From NCBI GenBank assembly GCA_965603825.1, contig CBFDEM010000021.1:62001-126000 (forward strand): a DNA stretch of 64,000 nucleotides. Direction: 5' to 3'. Below are positions 12,401 to 25,999 of this stretch, piece by piece. Source of the stretch: Blepharisma stoltei ATCC 30299 (Eukaryota; Protista; Ciliophora). A program made the translations under genes and the position numbers. Positions within the stretch are counted from its first letter, which is position 1. Each line of letters opens with the position of its first letter. The notes below the pieces were generated by a model. The model had not been told where the DNA came from, ran no database searches, and saw nothing but the letters and a program-made list of their open reading frames with translations.

Positions 12401-13578
12401 ATAGAAAACTATACGAGTCTGCCTTAGAGCAGCTTCACAATGCGCAGTCTGACAAGCGGAATTTTACTATTACTCTGGATAGGGAGTCTAAAAAATTATC
12501 AGGAGACCCAGATCTTAAGCTAGCTAGAGATTTAGCTGCAAAGGATAATGAAATTTCTATGCTTCAATTAAAACTAGATGCTGCAAACCATCAATGTGAA
12601 GAGCTTGAAGAATATAACCGAGAGCTAAAAGGAAAAGAATCGAGCTGGAGACAAAAACTTGAACAAGAGGTCATAAAGCATACTCAAGAAATGCAAGCTT
12701 TGAGAATACAATTAAGCCAAAAACCAGCTGAAATAGAAAGATCTGATAATGATAAAGAAATAAAAATTTTGAAGCAAAATTTGAGGTCTTTGGAGTCAGA
12801 AAACTCAAGCTTAAAATCTCAAATGAAATCGCTTGATGAAGAATTATCTGAAACTCGGAATAATGAAACAAGGATTAGAGATCAGCTTAAGAAAGCTCAA
12901 GATGAGTATACAAGTAAAGCAAATAAACTCAGCAAGGCAGAATCTGAAAATTATGAAAATATCCAAAAACAGCTCCAGCAAAATCTAGAAGAACTCCAAA
13001 AGGTCGTAGACTCTCAAAGAGACGAAAACGAAGAGCTTCATGAAGAAATGGAAACTCTTAAAGGCGACGTCAACCGCATGGCTTCTCTTGAGCGCTTTTA
13101 TAAAGACGAAATCTCCAAACTCCAAAAGCAAAACAAAGACAAGCACCAACAGCTTAAAGATCTAGAATCCCAGCTTGAGCAGCTTCATACCGAAAAACTT
13201 GAACTTTCCAAGCAGAAAATAGAACAAGACGCCTTAATCGCCCATCTCCAAAACTCAGAAGAAGAAAAACGCAACGCAAAAAAATTAAAATCCACAATTG
13301 AAGCTCAAGAAGAAGAAATTGAAGAGCTCGCCAAAGAGCTGGAAGCAAGCAAACAGGTTTATGCCACATTGGTGACTTTATTAAAGTTTAAAAATACAGA
13401 AATCGAGCATTATAAGAACTGGCAAGCAGGAAGGACCGATAAGGACTATCAAAAAGAAATAGGAGATTTGAAATATCAGGAACAAAATCTGCTTGAAAAG
13501 TAATTTTTATGTAGACTTGATGAACAAATGACTGCGTTAAATGCAGAAGAGGAAGATACAAGTGAGGAGGATGATTAA
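9466..13578 (+). CDS. Myosin heavy chain: SH3-like N-terminus, motor, IQ motifs, coiled-coil tail (~1365 aa)
   Basis: [36 protein letters not shown] and IQALFRG. KIKW(TGA 10894)DHISYEDNQLCIDLIE places TGA at a conserved Trp. One intron at 13500-13514. Confidence 0.96.
13500..13514 (+). other. 15-nt intron (gtaatttttatgtag)
   Basis: GT..AG, A at -6. Removal extends myosin in frame to an acidic C-terminus ending in TAA at 13578. Confidence 0.8.
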
Positions 13579-13587
13579 TGAAATAAT

Positions 13588-14466
13588 TTACATTATTGAT
13601 GAAGATAAACTACGGCGGGACGATAAAGTGTCGTCTGGCCTAAATCTGTGAGTGTCTTCGAGAAGCTTGTTAATCTTGTTTATTTCTCTTTTATATTGGT
13701 CATAGCCAGATTTTAAAGTAGAAATTTCTTTATCTATTTGAGAAATTTCTTGGTTTTTTTCTGATAAAATTTTGCTTATTTTTAGAGAGTTTATTTTTGA
13801 GGGATTTTTTGAAAATTTTGATTTGTCTTTATAAGCAATTTCTAGCTGTACTCGTTTTGCCCTGTCTTGAATTAAAAGATTTTTTAGCTGATCTATTTCT
13901 TCTTCTAAATACAAAATTTCTTCATTTATATCTTCTTGATTTCCTCTGCCTTCAAACTCCTCTATCTGTAATTTCAGTTCTTTTTGTAAAATTGCATAAT
14001 TTTCACAGGCTTCTTTTATTTCTTCTAACCTCTGTGCAGATTTTTCACTCATTTGTCCAACTTGGCTAATTTGTTGTTTGAGGTCCATGCATTCATTTTG
14101 GCAAGCTTGCAAAGCTTGCTCTAGCTCTTTTCCTTCATCTTCTAGCATAGAAATTTCTATATTATTGGTTCCTTGTTTTTGAAAACCTTCTAAAAATTGG
14201 TTTCTTATTTTAAGCTCTAAATTTTCTTTTTCTAGTCTTTCTATTCTTTCCATTAGATTTTCGTTGTCTAGTTTGCCGCTATAGCCTTCGATTGTGTCTG
14301 AGATTTCTTGGTTTTCTTTTTGGGTTTTTTTGATTTTAAGCTCAAGTTCGCCGATTTCACTTTTGCATTGCTGATAGAGGCTATCTTTGATAATTTTTTC
14401 AGGAGTTTGAAGATCGTTAATGTGGAGCTCGCCAAAATCGATAAAAGAGTCAACGTCTTTGTCCAT
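13588..14466 (-). CDS. Hypothetical coiled-coil protein (292 aa)
   Basis: Intact ORF with E/K/Q/L-rich heptad character. Confidence 0.75.
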   Translation of the reverse strand: MDKDVDSFIDFGELHINDLQTPEKIIKDSLYQQCKSEIGELELKIKKTQKENQEISDTIEGYSGKLDNENLMERIERLEKENLELKIRNQFLEGFQKQGTNNIEISMLEDEGKELEQALQACQNECMDLKQQISQVGQMSEKSAQRLEEIKEACENYAILQKELKLQIEEFEGRGNQEDINEEILYLEEEIDQLKNLLIQDRAKRVQLEIAYKDKSKFSKNPSKINSLKISKILSEKNQEISQIDKEISTLKSGYDQYKREINKINKLLEDTHRFRPDDTLSSRRSLSSSIM

Positions 14467-14935
14467 AATGAAAAATAAAATATGATTTAATTCAAAATAA
14501 TTAAATAGTAATTTTGTATAATTATAAAAGTTAAGGTTTATCTCACTATAATAAATAAAAATCGATATAGCTTAAACACAATTATTTAATTCATAATCTG
14601 TGAATATAAGGGATAAGCTATAATAACAAGTTAAATGTTTCAATTTTTTTTGACTCCTATTAGATTTTCTTAAGGGTATTATTATAGAACATAATGAAAT
14701 TAACCTAATGCAACCTAAATAAATTTGCAAATAGCTTATATAATCATTTAAAATTGCTACTACAAACAGCAATGTGCACAATTTCTAATATATTGCCTTA
14801 ACAAGTCTATTGAAAATCCGCATACCGCATAATATTTTAAATAATAGCTTTATAGCCCAATCTAAGCAAAAATAAATTTAATATTAAATCCACAGCTAAA
14901 TGATTATTTAAAATTAGCAAAACATTTATTCAACG

Positions 14936-17206
14936 ATGAGGATAATAGTTCGCTACCTAGAGCAAAATATTGAACTAATCGTCGACGCTAATGCTAAGGT
15001 CAAAGATCTTCAATTAGAAATCAGCAGAATCACCTCAATACCTCCAAATTTGCAAAAATTAAGTTTTCTTAATTCAGGGAATAAAGTAAAAATAATATAG
15101 GCATTCCTCCCTTCTTCCTCCAAGCTGTCCTATTACAACATCAAAGACCGCAGTGTCTTATTTCTCGAGCAAGTAATTTCTACATAGAAAACCATTGATA
15201 ACCCTCAATCCCCTGACGAGGACGTCCGCATTGTCAGAAGATACTCCCACCAAGCTTCCCAAGACGAAATTGGGACTATTTATCAAGAACAAAATGCCCA
15301 TAGAGCTATGAGCTATTGTTATGAAAGCGAAAATTCAAATAACCTCGCTGAATGGGTCACCAAAGCTGTTATTGCTTGTAGAGAAGGCAATGCAGAAGGC
15401 CTAATAGAGACTTTACAAGACTACCAGGTCTGAAGAGGCAGCAAGTTACAAGAAGAAGATGTAGGAGAGCTTTTAAATAGTCCTTATAATGGCCAATGAA
15501 GCTGCATTCACTATGCCTGCTATATGAATCATGTAAATATTCTGAAAGAGCTATTAGAACTTGGAGTAAACTGTAATAATATTACTGACGACCAATGGAC
15601 ACCTTTGCAAATTTCAGCTTACCAAGGGAATATCCATTGTGTAGAGCTTTTATTGGCACATCCACTTATACAGATTAACTTAATGACTGCAGTTAGAGGG
15701 TCAGCCCTACATATGGCAGCTGTAAGAGGGCATTTTGAGATAGTCAAACTCCTATTAGAAAATAAAGCTGATATAGGATTAGAAGACCCTGATCATAAAA
15801 CTGCCCTGGAACTGTCTTCTGATAGAAAAATTGCAGAATTGATCCCTAAATATAACGGAGTAAAAATGCTAGAAAGGTTTGGCCAGAAAAATTATGAAAA
15901 ACCGCTAGGGTTTTGTGGAGAAGTTTGGAGCACTGGGACATGGCATATAAACGATAAAATTGTGTTTTTGATACTGGACTCAGAAAAAGGCAAATTTATG
16001 CATTATGATCAGAGAGATTCATATATAGAAGAAAAGCAGCCTGAAATAACAGTGCCTTTTGAAGATATCACGAAGGTGATTGCTGATGAAGTTTTAAATG
16101 ATAAATACTTTTTTTCAGTTATAACAAAAGATATTACCTTGAAATATTATACACAGTATCAAGATATGACTGAAGAATGGACCAGAAGGGTTGACTGATG
16201 CATAGTCTATTTTCACCATGAAGCCAGACTAAAAAATGCCAAAGCATTTACAGTCCCAAAAAAAATTCCAGTAAAATCACAGAAAAAAATTGTATATGAA
16301 GAAGAGCCATATGAAAATATAGGAGAATCTGCAATTAAAAAAAGCAGCTTTGAAATATTAGGGGAGATTGGATCTGGAAGCTTCGGAAATGTATATCAAG
16401 TAAGGAAAAAAGATTCAGGCGAAATTTTTGCAATGAAAGCGCTGAGTAAGCCTATGCTGATTTCGAAAAATCAGCTGAAATATGCGGTGGCTGAGTGTAA
16501 AATATTGAAAGCCATTAAATTCCCATTTATTGTTAGGCTTTATTGAGCCTTTCAATCACAAAGCTACCTTTATATGATATTGGAATTCTGCCCAAATGGC
16601 GACTTTTCCAGTCTGCTACAACTAGCTGGCCATTTATCAACAGAAGTCGCGAAATTTTATATCGCAGAAATGATTCTTGCTATTGAATATCTCCATTCTT
16701 TTGATATCATTTATAGAGACCTCAAGCCTCAAAACTTGCTGCTGGACAGTGAAGGGCATATAAAACTGACTGATTTCGGCCTTTCTAAAGAAAATGTTTC
16801 AGACAATGAGCCAGCAATGTCTTTTTGTGGGTCTCCTGCTTATCTACCTCCTGAAGTTTTAGCACAAACTGGTTGTGGGAAATCAGCTGATATATATAGC
16901 ATTGGGACTAATTTATATGAAATGCTGGTAGGAAAGCCTCCGTTTTATACAGAAAATGTAGCTAAGCTTTACAAAAGAATTAGTAAGTCAAGCATTAAGT
17001 TTCCTGAGGATATTAATGAAGATGCGATGGATTTAATACAAAAAGTTATGGTAAAAAATCCTGAGGAGAGGCCTTTTATTCATGAAGTCAAAGCACATAG
17101 ATTTTTTGAAGGGGTGGATTGGGATAATATGCTGCAAAAAAAGATGACACCTCCTATCAATATAAAAAATCTAAGAAATCTACGATCTTCACATGTGATT
17201 TCTTAG
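14936..17206 (+). CDS. AGC-family Ser/Thr kinase with ubiquitin-like, ankyrin and PH-like domains (~746 aa, 2 introns)
   Basis: Ubl-like MRIIVRY..KVKDLQLEISRITSIPPNLQKL..KLSYYNIKDRSVLFL, ankyrin repeats (WTPLQISAYQG, SALHMAAVRGH), PH-like end EEWTRRV, and kinase motifs GSGSFG, FAMK, YRDLKPQN, DFG, SFCGSPAYLPPE, FFEGVDW. Confidence 0.9.
15086..15100 (+). other. 15-nt intron (gtaaaaataatatag)
   Basis: GT..AG, A at -6, phase 0 with in-frame TAG. Confidence 0.85.
15173..15187 (+). other. 15-nt intron (gtaatttctacatag)
   Basis: GT..AG, A at -6, phase 0 with in-frame TAG. Confidence 0.85.
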
Positions 17207-17512
17207 GCTTGTAGGAGATTGTCGTAATTAATTACTAATCATTGTTGATATCAGAAAAATAATTAAATACATAATCTTTTAACAAGCATTAGGATGGCTT
17301 GACATTATATTATAGTCAGATTACTCTATAATTCGAGATCTATATTTTTAATATCAAATAGCAACAGAACTCGTATTCTAACTCTATTTTTCTATTTAAT
17401 TGCAAATTTCTCATTGTTCATTGCCTTGCTTTTTAGCCAGCTTGCTTTTCTAAATAAAACTCCCATTTATTCGCAATTCTATTAAAAATATGTGTTGTAA
17501 TCATAAAAGATA

Positions 17513-18547
17513 ATGTCATCTCTTCAAAGGCTACTTGGCGACGGAAGGGACACAAGTTCCGAAGATAACACCAGTTCCTCAAGTGAAGTTTACACCTATC
17601 TAGCCCCATGAGCAGTGTATTCTTTTAATTTTTCAAGTAATCCTCACTATCCTTTTCAGCTTGCTTTAGGGTCCTTTATAGAAGACACCAACAACAGCAT
17701 ACAAATAATCCAGCTGCTTCCAGAACAAGCCCGATTTGAGGTAAAAACGACCATTCCACATACATACGCCCCTACCAAAATAATGTGAATCCCTGATCTT
17801 GAAGGCTCACATCCCCACTTAATGGCCACTTCAAGTGATCACTTGCGTATCTGGCGACAAGACGAGTCTGGACTAAGCTCAGTGTCAAGCCTTGTGAATA
17901 ACCGTCACAGTGACTACTGTGGCCCAATTACCAGTTTTGACTGGAATGCTAATGATTTGACGATGATTGGGACTGCAAGCATTGATTCGACATGTACTAT
18001 ATGGGATATTGAGAGGCAAGCTATGAAAAAACAGATATTGACACATACAAAGGAAGTTAATGATATTGCGTTTGGGCATGATCCCAATATTTTTGCTAGT
18101 GTAGGCGCTGATGGGTCAGTCCGAAGGTTCGACTTAAGGAGCTTAGAACAGTGCACAATTCTCTATGAAAGCCAAGGGTATATCCCTTTACTTAGACTAG
18201 CCTGAAATAAAATCGACCCAAATTATATAGCAATTATTATGATGGACTCTCCTACTGTGACTATTTTAGATGTCAGGTCTCCTGGGATGCCTTTAGCAGT
18301 GCTGCAAAGTCACCAGAACTTTGTAAATGCGATATCATGGGCTCCTAACTCAAGTTGTTATATATGTACAGCTGGAGATGACAGACAAGCCTTGATATGG
18401 GATTTGAGAAGAAGTTTAGGAGAAATAAGGGAGCCTATGATGGTCTATAATGCAGAAGCAGAAATCATAAACCTCAGCTGGTCAGTGCTGCAGCCTAACT
18501 GGGTAGCTATAGCTTATAATAAAAGTCTCCAATTACTAAAGCTTTAA
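17513..18547 (+). CDS. DCAF7: WD40 protein DCAF7/WDR68/AN11/TTG1 homolog (~344 aa)
   Basis: EVYTYLAPW(TGA 17609)AVYS, YAPTKIMW(TGA 17786)IPD, CGPITSFDWN, FASVGADGSVRRFDLRSLE and PLLRLAW(TGA 18203)NKIDPNY. All three TGAs fall on conserved Trp residues. Confidence 0.95.
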
Positions 18548-18602
18548 TTTGTGTTATAATAAATGGAAAATTTATATAAAAATCGTTAAATTTCCACATA
18601 TT

Positions 18603-19349
18603 ATGAGCGGAAATAACGTTTACCCATATGAAAGGATTGCCCATCTAGAAAATAACTCATATATTTATGGTGAGCCTATACCTTTTCCATCAGCTAATAT
18701 TTCTCCTGTAGAAGACTATGACCAATCTCTACATGAAAATAATTCAAATGAAGAAAAAAGTGAGAATTTTGTTGAACAAGAAACAGAAGACAATAGAGTT
18801 ATCTTGCAAGAAAGCCCATACCAGGAAAGCCCAAATAGGTTTAAGGACATTGAAAGCAGCATTGAAAGACAGATTGTTGAAAAAGAAGCATATTGGTCAA
18901 GAAAATCAGCTGAAATAAGAGAAACCTGGAAGCAGCTGCAGCTGAATAATATAGAAAGATCACAGTCTCCGCCTGCAAGAAGGCCATTATCCAATAGAAA
19001 CACATCTCCTGGAAGCTCTAAGCATATAAGGCCAGCCTCAACTCGAAATAAATCAAAATCAACTGTAAAAAAATCAAAATATGAGCACATAAATAACAAA
19101 TATTCCAAAATTAACACAAAAAGTCCTTATTGCCGGTCAACTTTTTCCCAAGAGGTGAGAGTCATGGAAAATCAGCCATATACTTATAGTAAAAAAAAGG
19201 TAAAAAAGAGCAATACAAAGAAAAATTTAGAAGAAGAGATGCTTGATAGGATTATAAAAGTGGTCGAAAAGCATTCAAAATTGTGCCCTCATTTAAAGAG
19301 CGAGGTGGATCAGATAAGAAAAGAGACTCTGAAAGCTAAATGGCGGTAA
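18603..19349 (+). CDS. Hypothetical protein (~248 aa)
   Basis: ATG 18603 to TAA 19349; low-complexity, no recognised domain. Confidence 0.7.
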   Translation: MSGNNVYPYERIAHLENNSYIYGEPIPFPSANISPVEDYDQSLHENNSNEEKSENFVEQETEDNRVILQESPYQESPNRFKDIESSIERQIVEKEAYWSRKSAEIRETWKQLQLNNIERSQSPPARRPLSNRNTSPGSSKHIRPASTRNKSKSTVKKSKYEHINNKYSKINTKSPYCRSTFSQEVRVMENQPYTYSKKKVKKSNTKKNLEEEMLDRIIKVVEKHSKLCPHLKSEVDQIRKETLKAKWR

Positions 19350-19472
19350 TAATAAAAAATAATGTAAAAATGCTTATATGTGAAAAGTTTGATGGCGTTA
19401 TTTTATAATTATCGTATAAGTCTATGCACAGAAAAAAATAGAAGAAAAATCTGGCCATCAGCTTTGGTTTTC

Positions 19473-20795
19473 TTAATGCCTGAACCTGACTTGATTCCAG
19501 ATATTTTTGTGCATTTTTTTCTTGTTTTTATTTTTTTTCTTTTTCCTCTTCCCAATATCAAGTTTTCGATCATACTCGTCCTTAACATACCCAAGCGGGG
19601 CATCGTCTCTTTTCCAAATACTCTTAAACTCTCCATTTTCATAATTTATTGGCCTTACTTTCATCATTTTTGGCTCATTTTTGTAATTATTATTTTCTCT
19701 TTTAAAAGGCAAAAAATTCTCACTTTTTTGTTTTTGTGGGACATCTTTTACTTCTAATTTCTCATGAATGTGAAATATTGACGTATCTTCAGGGACGCTG
19801 GTTTCTGCAGTAGATGTTGGAGACTCAATTTGTTTTGTTATACAATTTCTCTTATAAAATAAAATATAAGCAGAGCTGTGATTTATGACCCTTGAAAAAG
19901 ACGCTTGAGAAATACTAGAATCGTTAGCTTCATACCACATATCATTTGGTGCCTTCAAAAAGGCATAATAATGCCCTGACCTACATGTATATCCAACATG
20001 TATTAGGACTGCATAAAGTTGGTAATCAGACTCTCCTTTTAATAGTAAAAATGGATCTATTGACAGCTTTTCTGGGAATTTTACCTGCCTCATGTCTTTT
20101 TTGCCTGTATTTGTGAACCTTTTTAGATGTAGTGTTAATATCATCGGGGCTGTTTTTATGGTATATTGTTTTGTGGCTGGCATTTTAGCTTTGCATCGCT
20201 CACAAAAATATTTGTTTGGGCCGTCTAATTTTTCTTTGCGGCAAAAATGAGCCAAGCATTTTTCTAAATCACTTGAAATGACCTCCAAAGAAAGGTCAAG
20301 ATAAGGTTCATAAGTTAAAGACTCATATTGACAGGTTTGGCATTGGACTTTGCTCCTTAGAGTTCCACCAAATGTGCTTTGAATGAAGTCATTAGGTCCA
20401 AGCCTATTTACCAGGAATCTCAAAAGCTCATGTGCATCTTCTTGTCGGCCGAGGCTGAACTGCCGTCCAAAACGAGGAATATTCCTTAGAAATTCTTCAG
20501 GAATATTAGATCGGCTTGTGAAAAGTTTTTTCAAGGCACAAAGGACGCAAAAAACCTTATTGCACTGATGCTTTACATTTTGTATGGGTGGGGTATACAA
20601 TAAACACTGCAAGGTCGAGTTCAAAAAGCAAGTGTTTCCGAGGTTTTTGAAGCCAGTAGAAACTCCTTGCTTTGATTTTCACTTAAGAAGCTGAGAATTT
20701 TCATTTGTAGGAGAAGAGCTGACCTGGTTGGCGGCTTCAAACTTAATTCGTCTTGGTAGAAGCTGCTCTTCTTGCCATAGTGAATTTTCTGTCAT
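19473..20795 (-). CDS. USP36: Ubiquitin-specific protease, USP36/USP42-like (~440 aa)
   Basis: Cys box GFKNLGNTCFLNSTLQCL preceded by LKW(TGA), RQEDAHE, His box GHYYAF..WYEAND, and C-terminal DEYDRKLDIGKRKKKK resembling the USP36 nucleolar tail. Confidence 0.85.
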
Positions 20796-20897
20796 TGTTT
20801 ACAAGCCATTTATGGCTCAATCTATAGGATTTAGCTAAAAATTTATTTAAACCAATATGAAAATTCATCATAATTTTTCAACAAAATTATTCCTCTT

Positions 20898-21515
20898 ATG
20901 ACTGAAAATATTATCTGCCTAGCTATTGGGAATTTTGACAATAAATCAATCACAGCTGAGCTTATCCCAAATACCACTCTAAAGCCATATATAAGAAAAG
21001 AAATATTCGCCCTTCTCTCAGAAAAACCAGCTGCAGAATGGCTTATATCAACAGATTCACAATTCGGACTATGAAGTATGATCGCAAATAATAACGTCTG
21101 CTATATGTTTTTAGGCCCAAAAAACTATCCTTCATGTATAGTAAATTCTTTACTTTTTGATATAAAAACAGCATTAAAAGATACCCAACAATCAGAACAA
21201 GAAATTTTGGAAAGTATGTCAAAAAAGTACCAAAATGGACAAGGGAAAATTAAAAATTTATCAGAGAACATAAAAAAAGTGCAAGAATTAGCATATGTGG
21301 GAATCAAAAAAGTTATGGAAAATACAGAAATTGCAGAAGATCTTTCAGAAAAAACTGATGAATTGGCAAGCACAAGCTTTTTGATGAACCAAGAAGCAAA
21401 AAGACTTGAGCGGCAGATGTATTGGAGAAAAATTAAACTGAAATTCATCATTGGGATTGCTATTTTATCAGTTCTGCTATATGTAGTAATTCCTTTATTT
21501 TCCAATGATAATTAA
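20898..21515 (+). CDS. Longin-type (VAMP7-like) synaptobrevin-family SNARE (~205 aa)
   Basis: Longin-sized N-terminus read through one TGA, SNARE coiled coil, AKRLERQMYWRKIKLK and a C-terminal TM helix. Confidence 0.8.
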
Positions 21516-21632
21516 TATGTTGAAATTTGACTTAATCAAAATTTTATAAAAATTATGCTGTAGATTGCTAATTTTAGGATTAAAATTTATGGAATAAAAT
21601 GCAAAAGCATCAAAACTCCACTTTATAAATAT

Positions 21633-22625
21633 ATGGATCTCTTATATATTGATCTCACCTGTAAAATTCCAGTCAACTGCATATCAAACGCCAGTTTACC
21701 ATATATTGCATTAACTTCAGTCCTAATGGCTCCTTTACGAGTTATTGGCTTGAATTACCAATTATCCTCAAGCATTTCCTATACCTCCACAAACGAAAGT
21801 ATAAAATATTTAAGAGCTTGGAATTCCAAGAGCTACAATTTTAAAGGAGTAAAAGGTTCTTATAACGTAATCAAATTCCCTGTATATAAGAATTATAAAG
21901 AACTTTTTGCAAAATCAGCAAACAGAAAAATGAAGGCTTATTACTCAGCAACTATTTTGGAAAGTCTTTATTGATGGATTAGTTTTCAATATAAAGTTGG
22001 GGCTGTATCTTTAATGGGCAATTTTTTGTCGGAAAATCCATATGCGAATATATCAATTTTAGCTGGCTTTTTTTCAGTATTAGATGCATGGGCCCGCCCA
22101 ATAGAAATAGCAATTACTCGTTTGACATATTTTCGATTCAATATGGGGGAATTCGTAGAACGTATGTCATTTTGATATATAGCTCAAGTCTATAAACAAC
22201 ATAAATATATGATTGAAAACAGATTTGTAGATTCTGGGTTATTAGGTCCTCCATCTGTTGGCGGCGTACTTGTTTGTTCAAAGTTTGTCTGCTGATTCTA
22301 TGCATTAAAAGCATATGAAAAAGGATGGAATATTGAAAAATCCATAGACATGATGCTAATTCACACCTTGCTGTACCCAGCAATAACTGCACAGATAAGG
22401 GTTGACGTTCAAGATACTATGTCTCCTTATAGATATAGAAATGTTATTCACGCTTTGATAAAAATCTATTATACAGAAGGGGTGATAGATGGACTCTACA
22501 GAGGATTTATATGTAACACTTTGTATGCCCTGCCAAAGTACTATTTGATCCCAACTCTATTATATACGTTTTCAAATGCGAAATATACCAAATATTTAGA
22601 CAAACAAAAAGACTCTGGCTTTTAA
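21633..22625 (+). CDS. Divergent mitochondrial carrier (SLC25/MTCH-like) protein (~330 aa)
   Basis: Single frame with three TGAs. Three carrier-like Pro-kink segments (LMAPLRVI, ARPIEIAITRL, LYPAITAQIRV) and YRNVIHALIKIYYTEGVIDGLYRGF. Confidence 0.72.
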
Positions 22626-22746
22626 ATGCTGAGAGAGACTAATACACAATAATAATAATAAGTATTTCTATCTTTAGTAACTAAAAATTGCCAAAAAAAT
22701 TAAAAAATCTTCCATTTATGAAGCTTCAATAATAAATAATAATTTC

Positions 22747-24126
22747 ATGACCTCTTCATATAGCCACCTAGACGACTATATCATAATCAGGACCTTAGGA
22801 CGTGGGATCACAGCCAAAGTCAAGCTTGTCCAAAACTCAAAAACTCAGCTGCTATATGCAGCCAAAATTATCAAAACTCACACTGAAGCTTCATCAAGCC
22901 GCCTCCGAGAAGCTCTTCTCAATGAAGTAAACAGTCTTTCACGAATCCAGCACCCAAATGTCGTGACCATTGTAAGTGCTTCCACATCTGGGGTATATGT
23001 AAAAAAGAATGAAGGAGGAATTTATGAGTGCATGTATATAGTGGAAGAATTGTGCATAAATGGAGAGCTATTTGATATAATTAATAGAACTGGAGCCTTC
23101 AATGAAAATGTGGCGAGGTTTTATTTTCATCAGCTTATAGCAGGCTTAGAATGTTGCCATAATTCAGGGATAACGCATAGAGATTTAAAAGCAGAAAATA
23201 TATTATTTGACCCGAATTTTAATTTAAAAATTTCAGATTTCGGCTTTTCAGCGTCAATACTTGGCCGAGATGGGTTTTTAAAAACAAAAGGAAAAAATGA
23301 GCTGTATATGGCTCCCGAAATGCTTACGTCGCAGCCTTATCAAGGCCCTGGCGTTGACATTTTCGCTGCTGGTGTAATATTATTTATAATGACATCCAAA
23401 GATCCTCCTTTTCAAAGAGCTGTCGCAAGTGATCCGCACTACAAGCACTTAATAAGAAAAGAGCAAAGATTTTGGCAGCTCCACAAAAAGCATCAATATT
23501 CAGACGAGCTTAAATCATTATTAGAAGGGATGCTTGCTTATAATCCTATAGAAAGATTTACTTTACTAGAAATAAAATGCCACCCATGGTTTTTAGGAGC
23601 CTGTGCAGACACTCAAGATATTTCACAAGAACTAAGCGAAAGGCGAAGGCACAGTCTTGAAGTAGCTGAAAGAGCCCGAGACCTCAGGATGAAATCTGGA
23701 AGTGGCTCAGGAATTGTGTTTAATGGCAGCCGGTTTTATAGAGGCGATTTAAGCGAAAGTGAAGGCCTTTCTTTGTCCTTTACAATCCCTCCAGATGCTT
23801 TAGACGTCATAAAAATCCCAGAAAATTTCAACGCAGTAGAAAAATATTCACAAATTTTGACAGGGCTGCTGCCAAATGAAGTAATGCTGATAATTTCTCA
23901 TACATTGGCAAGTTATGAGCCAGAATGTGAGACGTCACAGGATTCTTATGATGTAAAGGTCAGCATTATTACAGAAACGGACTCTTTGCTGTTCAAAATA
24001 ACATTACATGAATGTCCGAACGACTTGTATTTGGTTAATTTTAAGCAGGAAGAAGGAAATCAGTTTGATTTTATGTCGATTATTAGCACAATAGTTGAAA
24101 ATGTGGAGGCTGCAAATGAAAACTAA
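22747..24126 (+). CDS. CAMK-group (SNF1/MARK-like) Ser/Thr kinase (459 aa)
   Basis: LGRGITAKVK, AAKIIK, HRDLKAEN, DFG, YMAPE and DIFAAGVILF; C-terminal KA1-like region. Confidence 0.9.
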   Translation: MTSSYSHLDDYIIIRTLGRGITAKVKLVQNSKTQLLYAAKIIKTHTEASSSRLREALLNEVNSLSRIQHPNVVTIVSASTSGVYVKKNEGGIYECMYIVEELCINGELFDIINRTGAFNENVARFYFHQLIAGLECCHNSGITHRDLKAENILFDPNFNLKISDFGFSASILGRDGFLKTKGKNELYMAPEMLTSQPYQGPGVDIFAAGVILFIMTSKDPPFQRAVASDPHYKHLIRKEQRFWQLHKKHQYSDELKSLLEGMLAYNPIERFTLLEIKCHPWFLGACADTQDISQELSERRRHSLEVAERARDLRMKSGSGSGIVFNGSRFYRGDLSESEGLSLSFTIPPDALDVIKIPENFNAVEKYSQILTGLLPNEVMLIISHTLASYEPECETSQDSYDVKVSIITETDSLLFKITLHECPNDLYLVNFKQEEGNQFDFMSIISTIVENVEAANEN

Positions 24127-24253
24127 TTATTTATAATGATTTGCAATTGATAAAAATAATTTTTAATAAAAATCAGCTTAAAATTATCCTCCATTTTAAT
24201 TCCTATTAAAGCAAAAAATTATCAAAACTTGCATAACCCCCCTTATTAAATTA

Positions 24254-25814
<1,561 letters not shown>

Positions 25815-25999
25815 TTAAAATTGATCAAAAATAATCGTTTTTTATAAAAATTAATTATTATGTATATGAATTTTAGTTGTCAATTTATTATTTAAATTAT
25901 GATAATAGATATATAAAGGCCTAATTATTAAAATAACTAATATTTTAGATCTTAAATCAGCGATTTTCAATTACCACTCGATTACACTAATTAAATAGC

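Noticed and set aside
17195-17227. Possible intron or TAG read-through extending the AGC kinase
   Set aside because: No 15/16-nt GT..AG fits, and read-through would add only six residues before a TAA.
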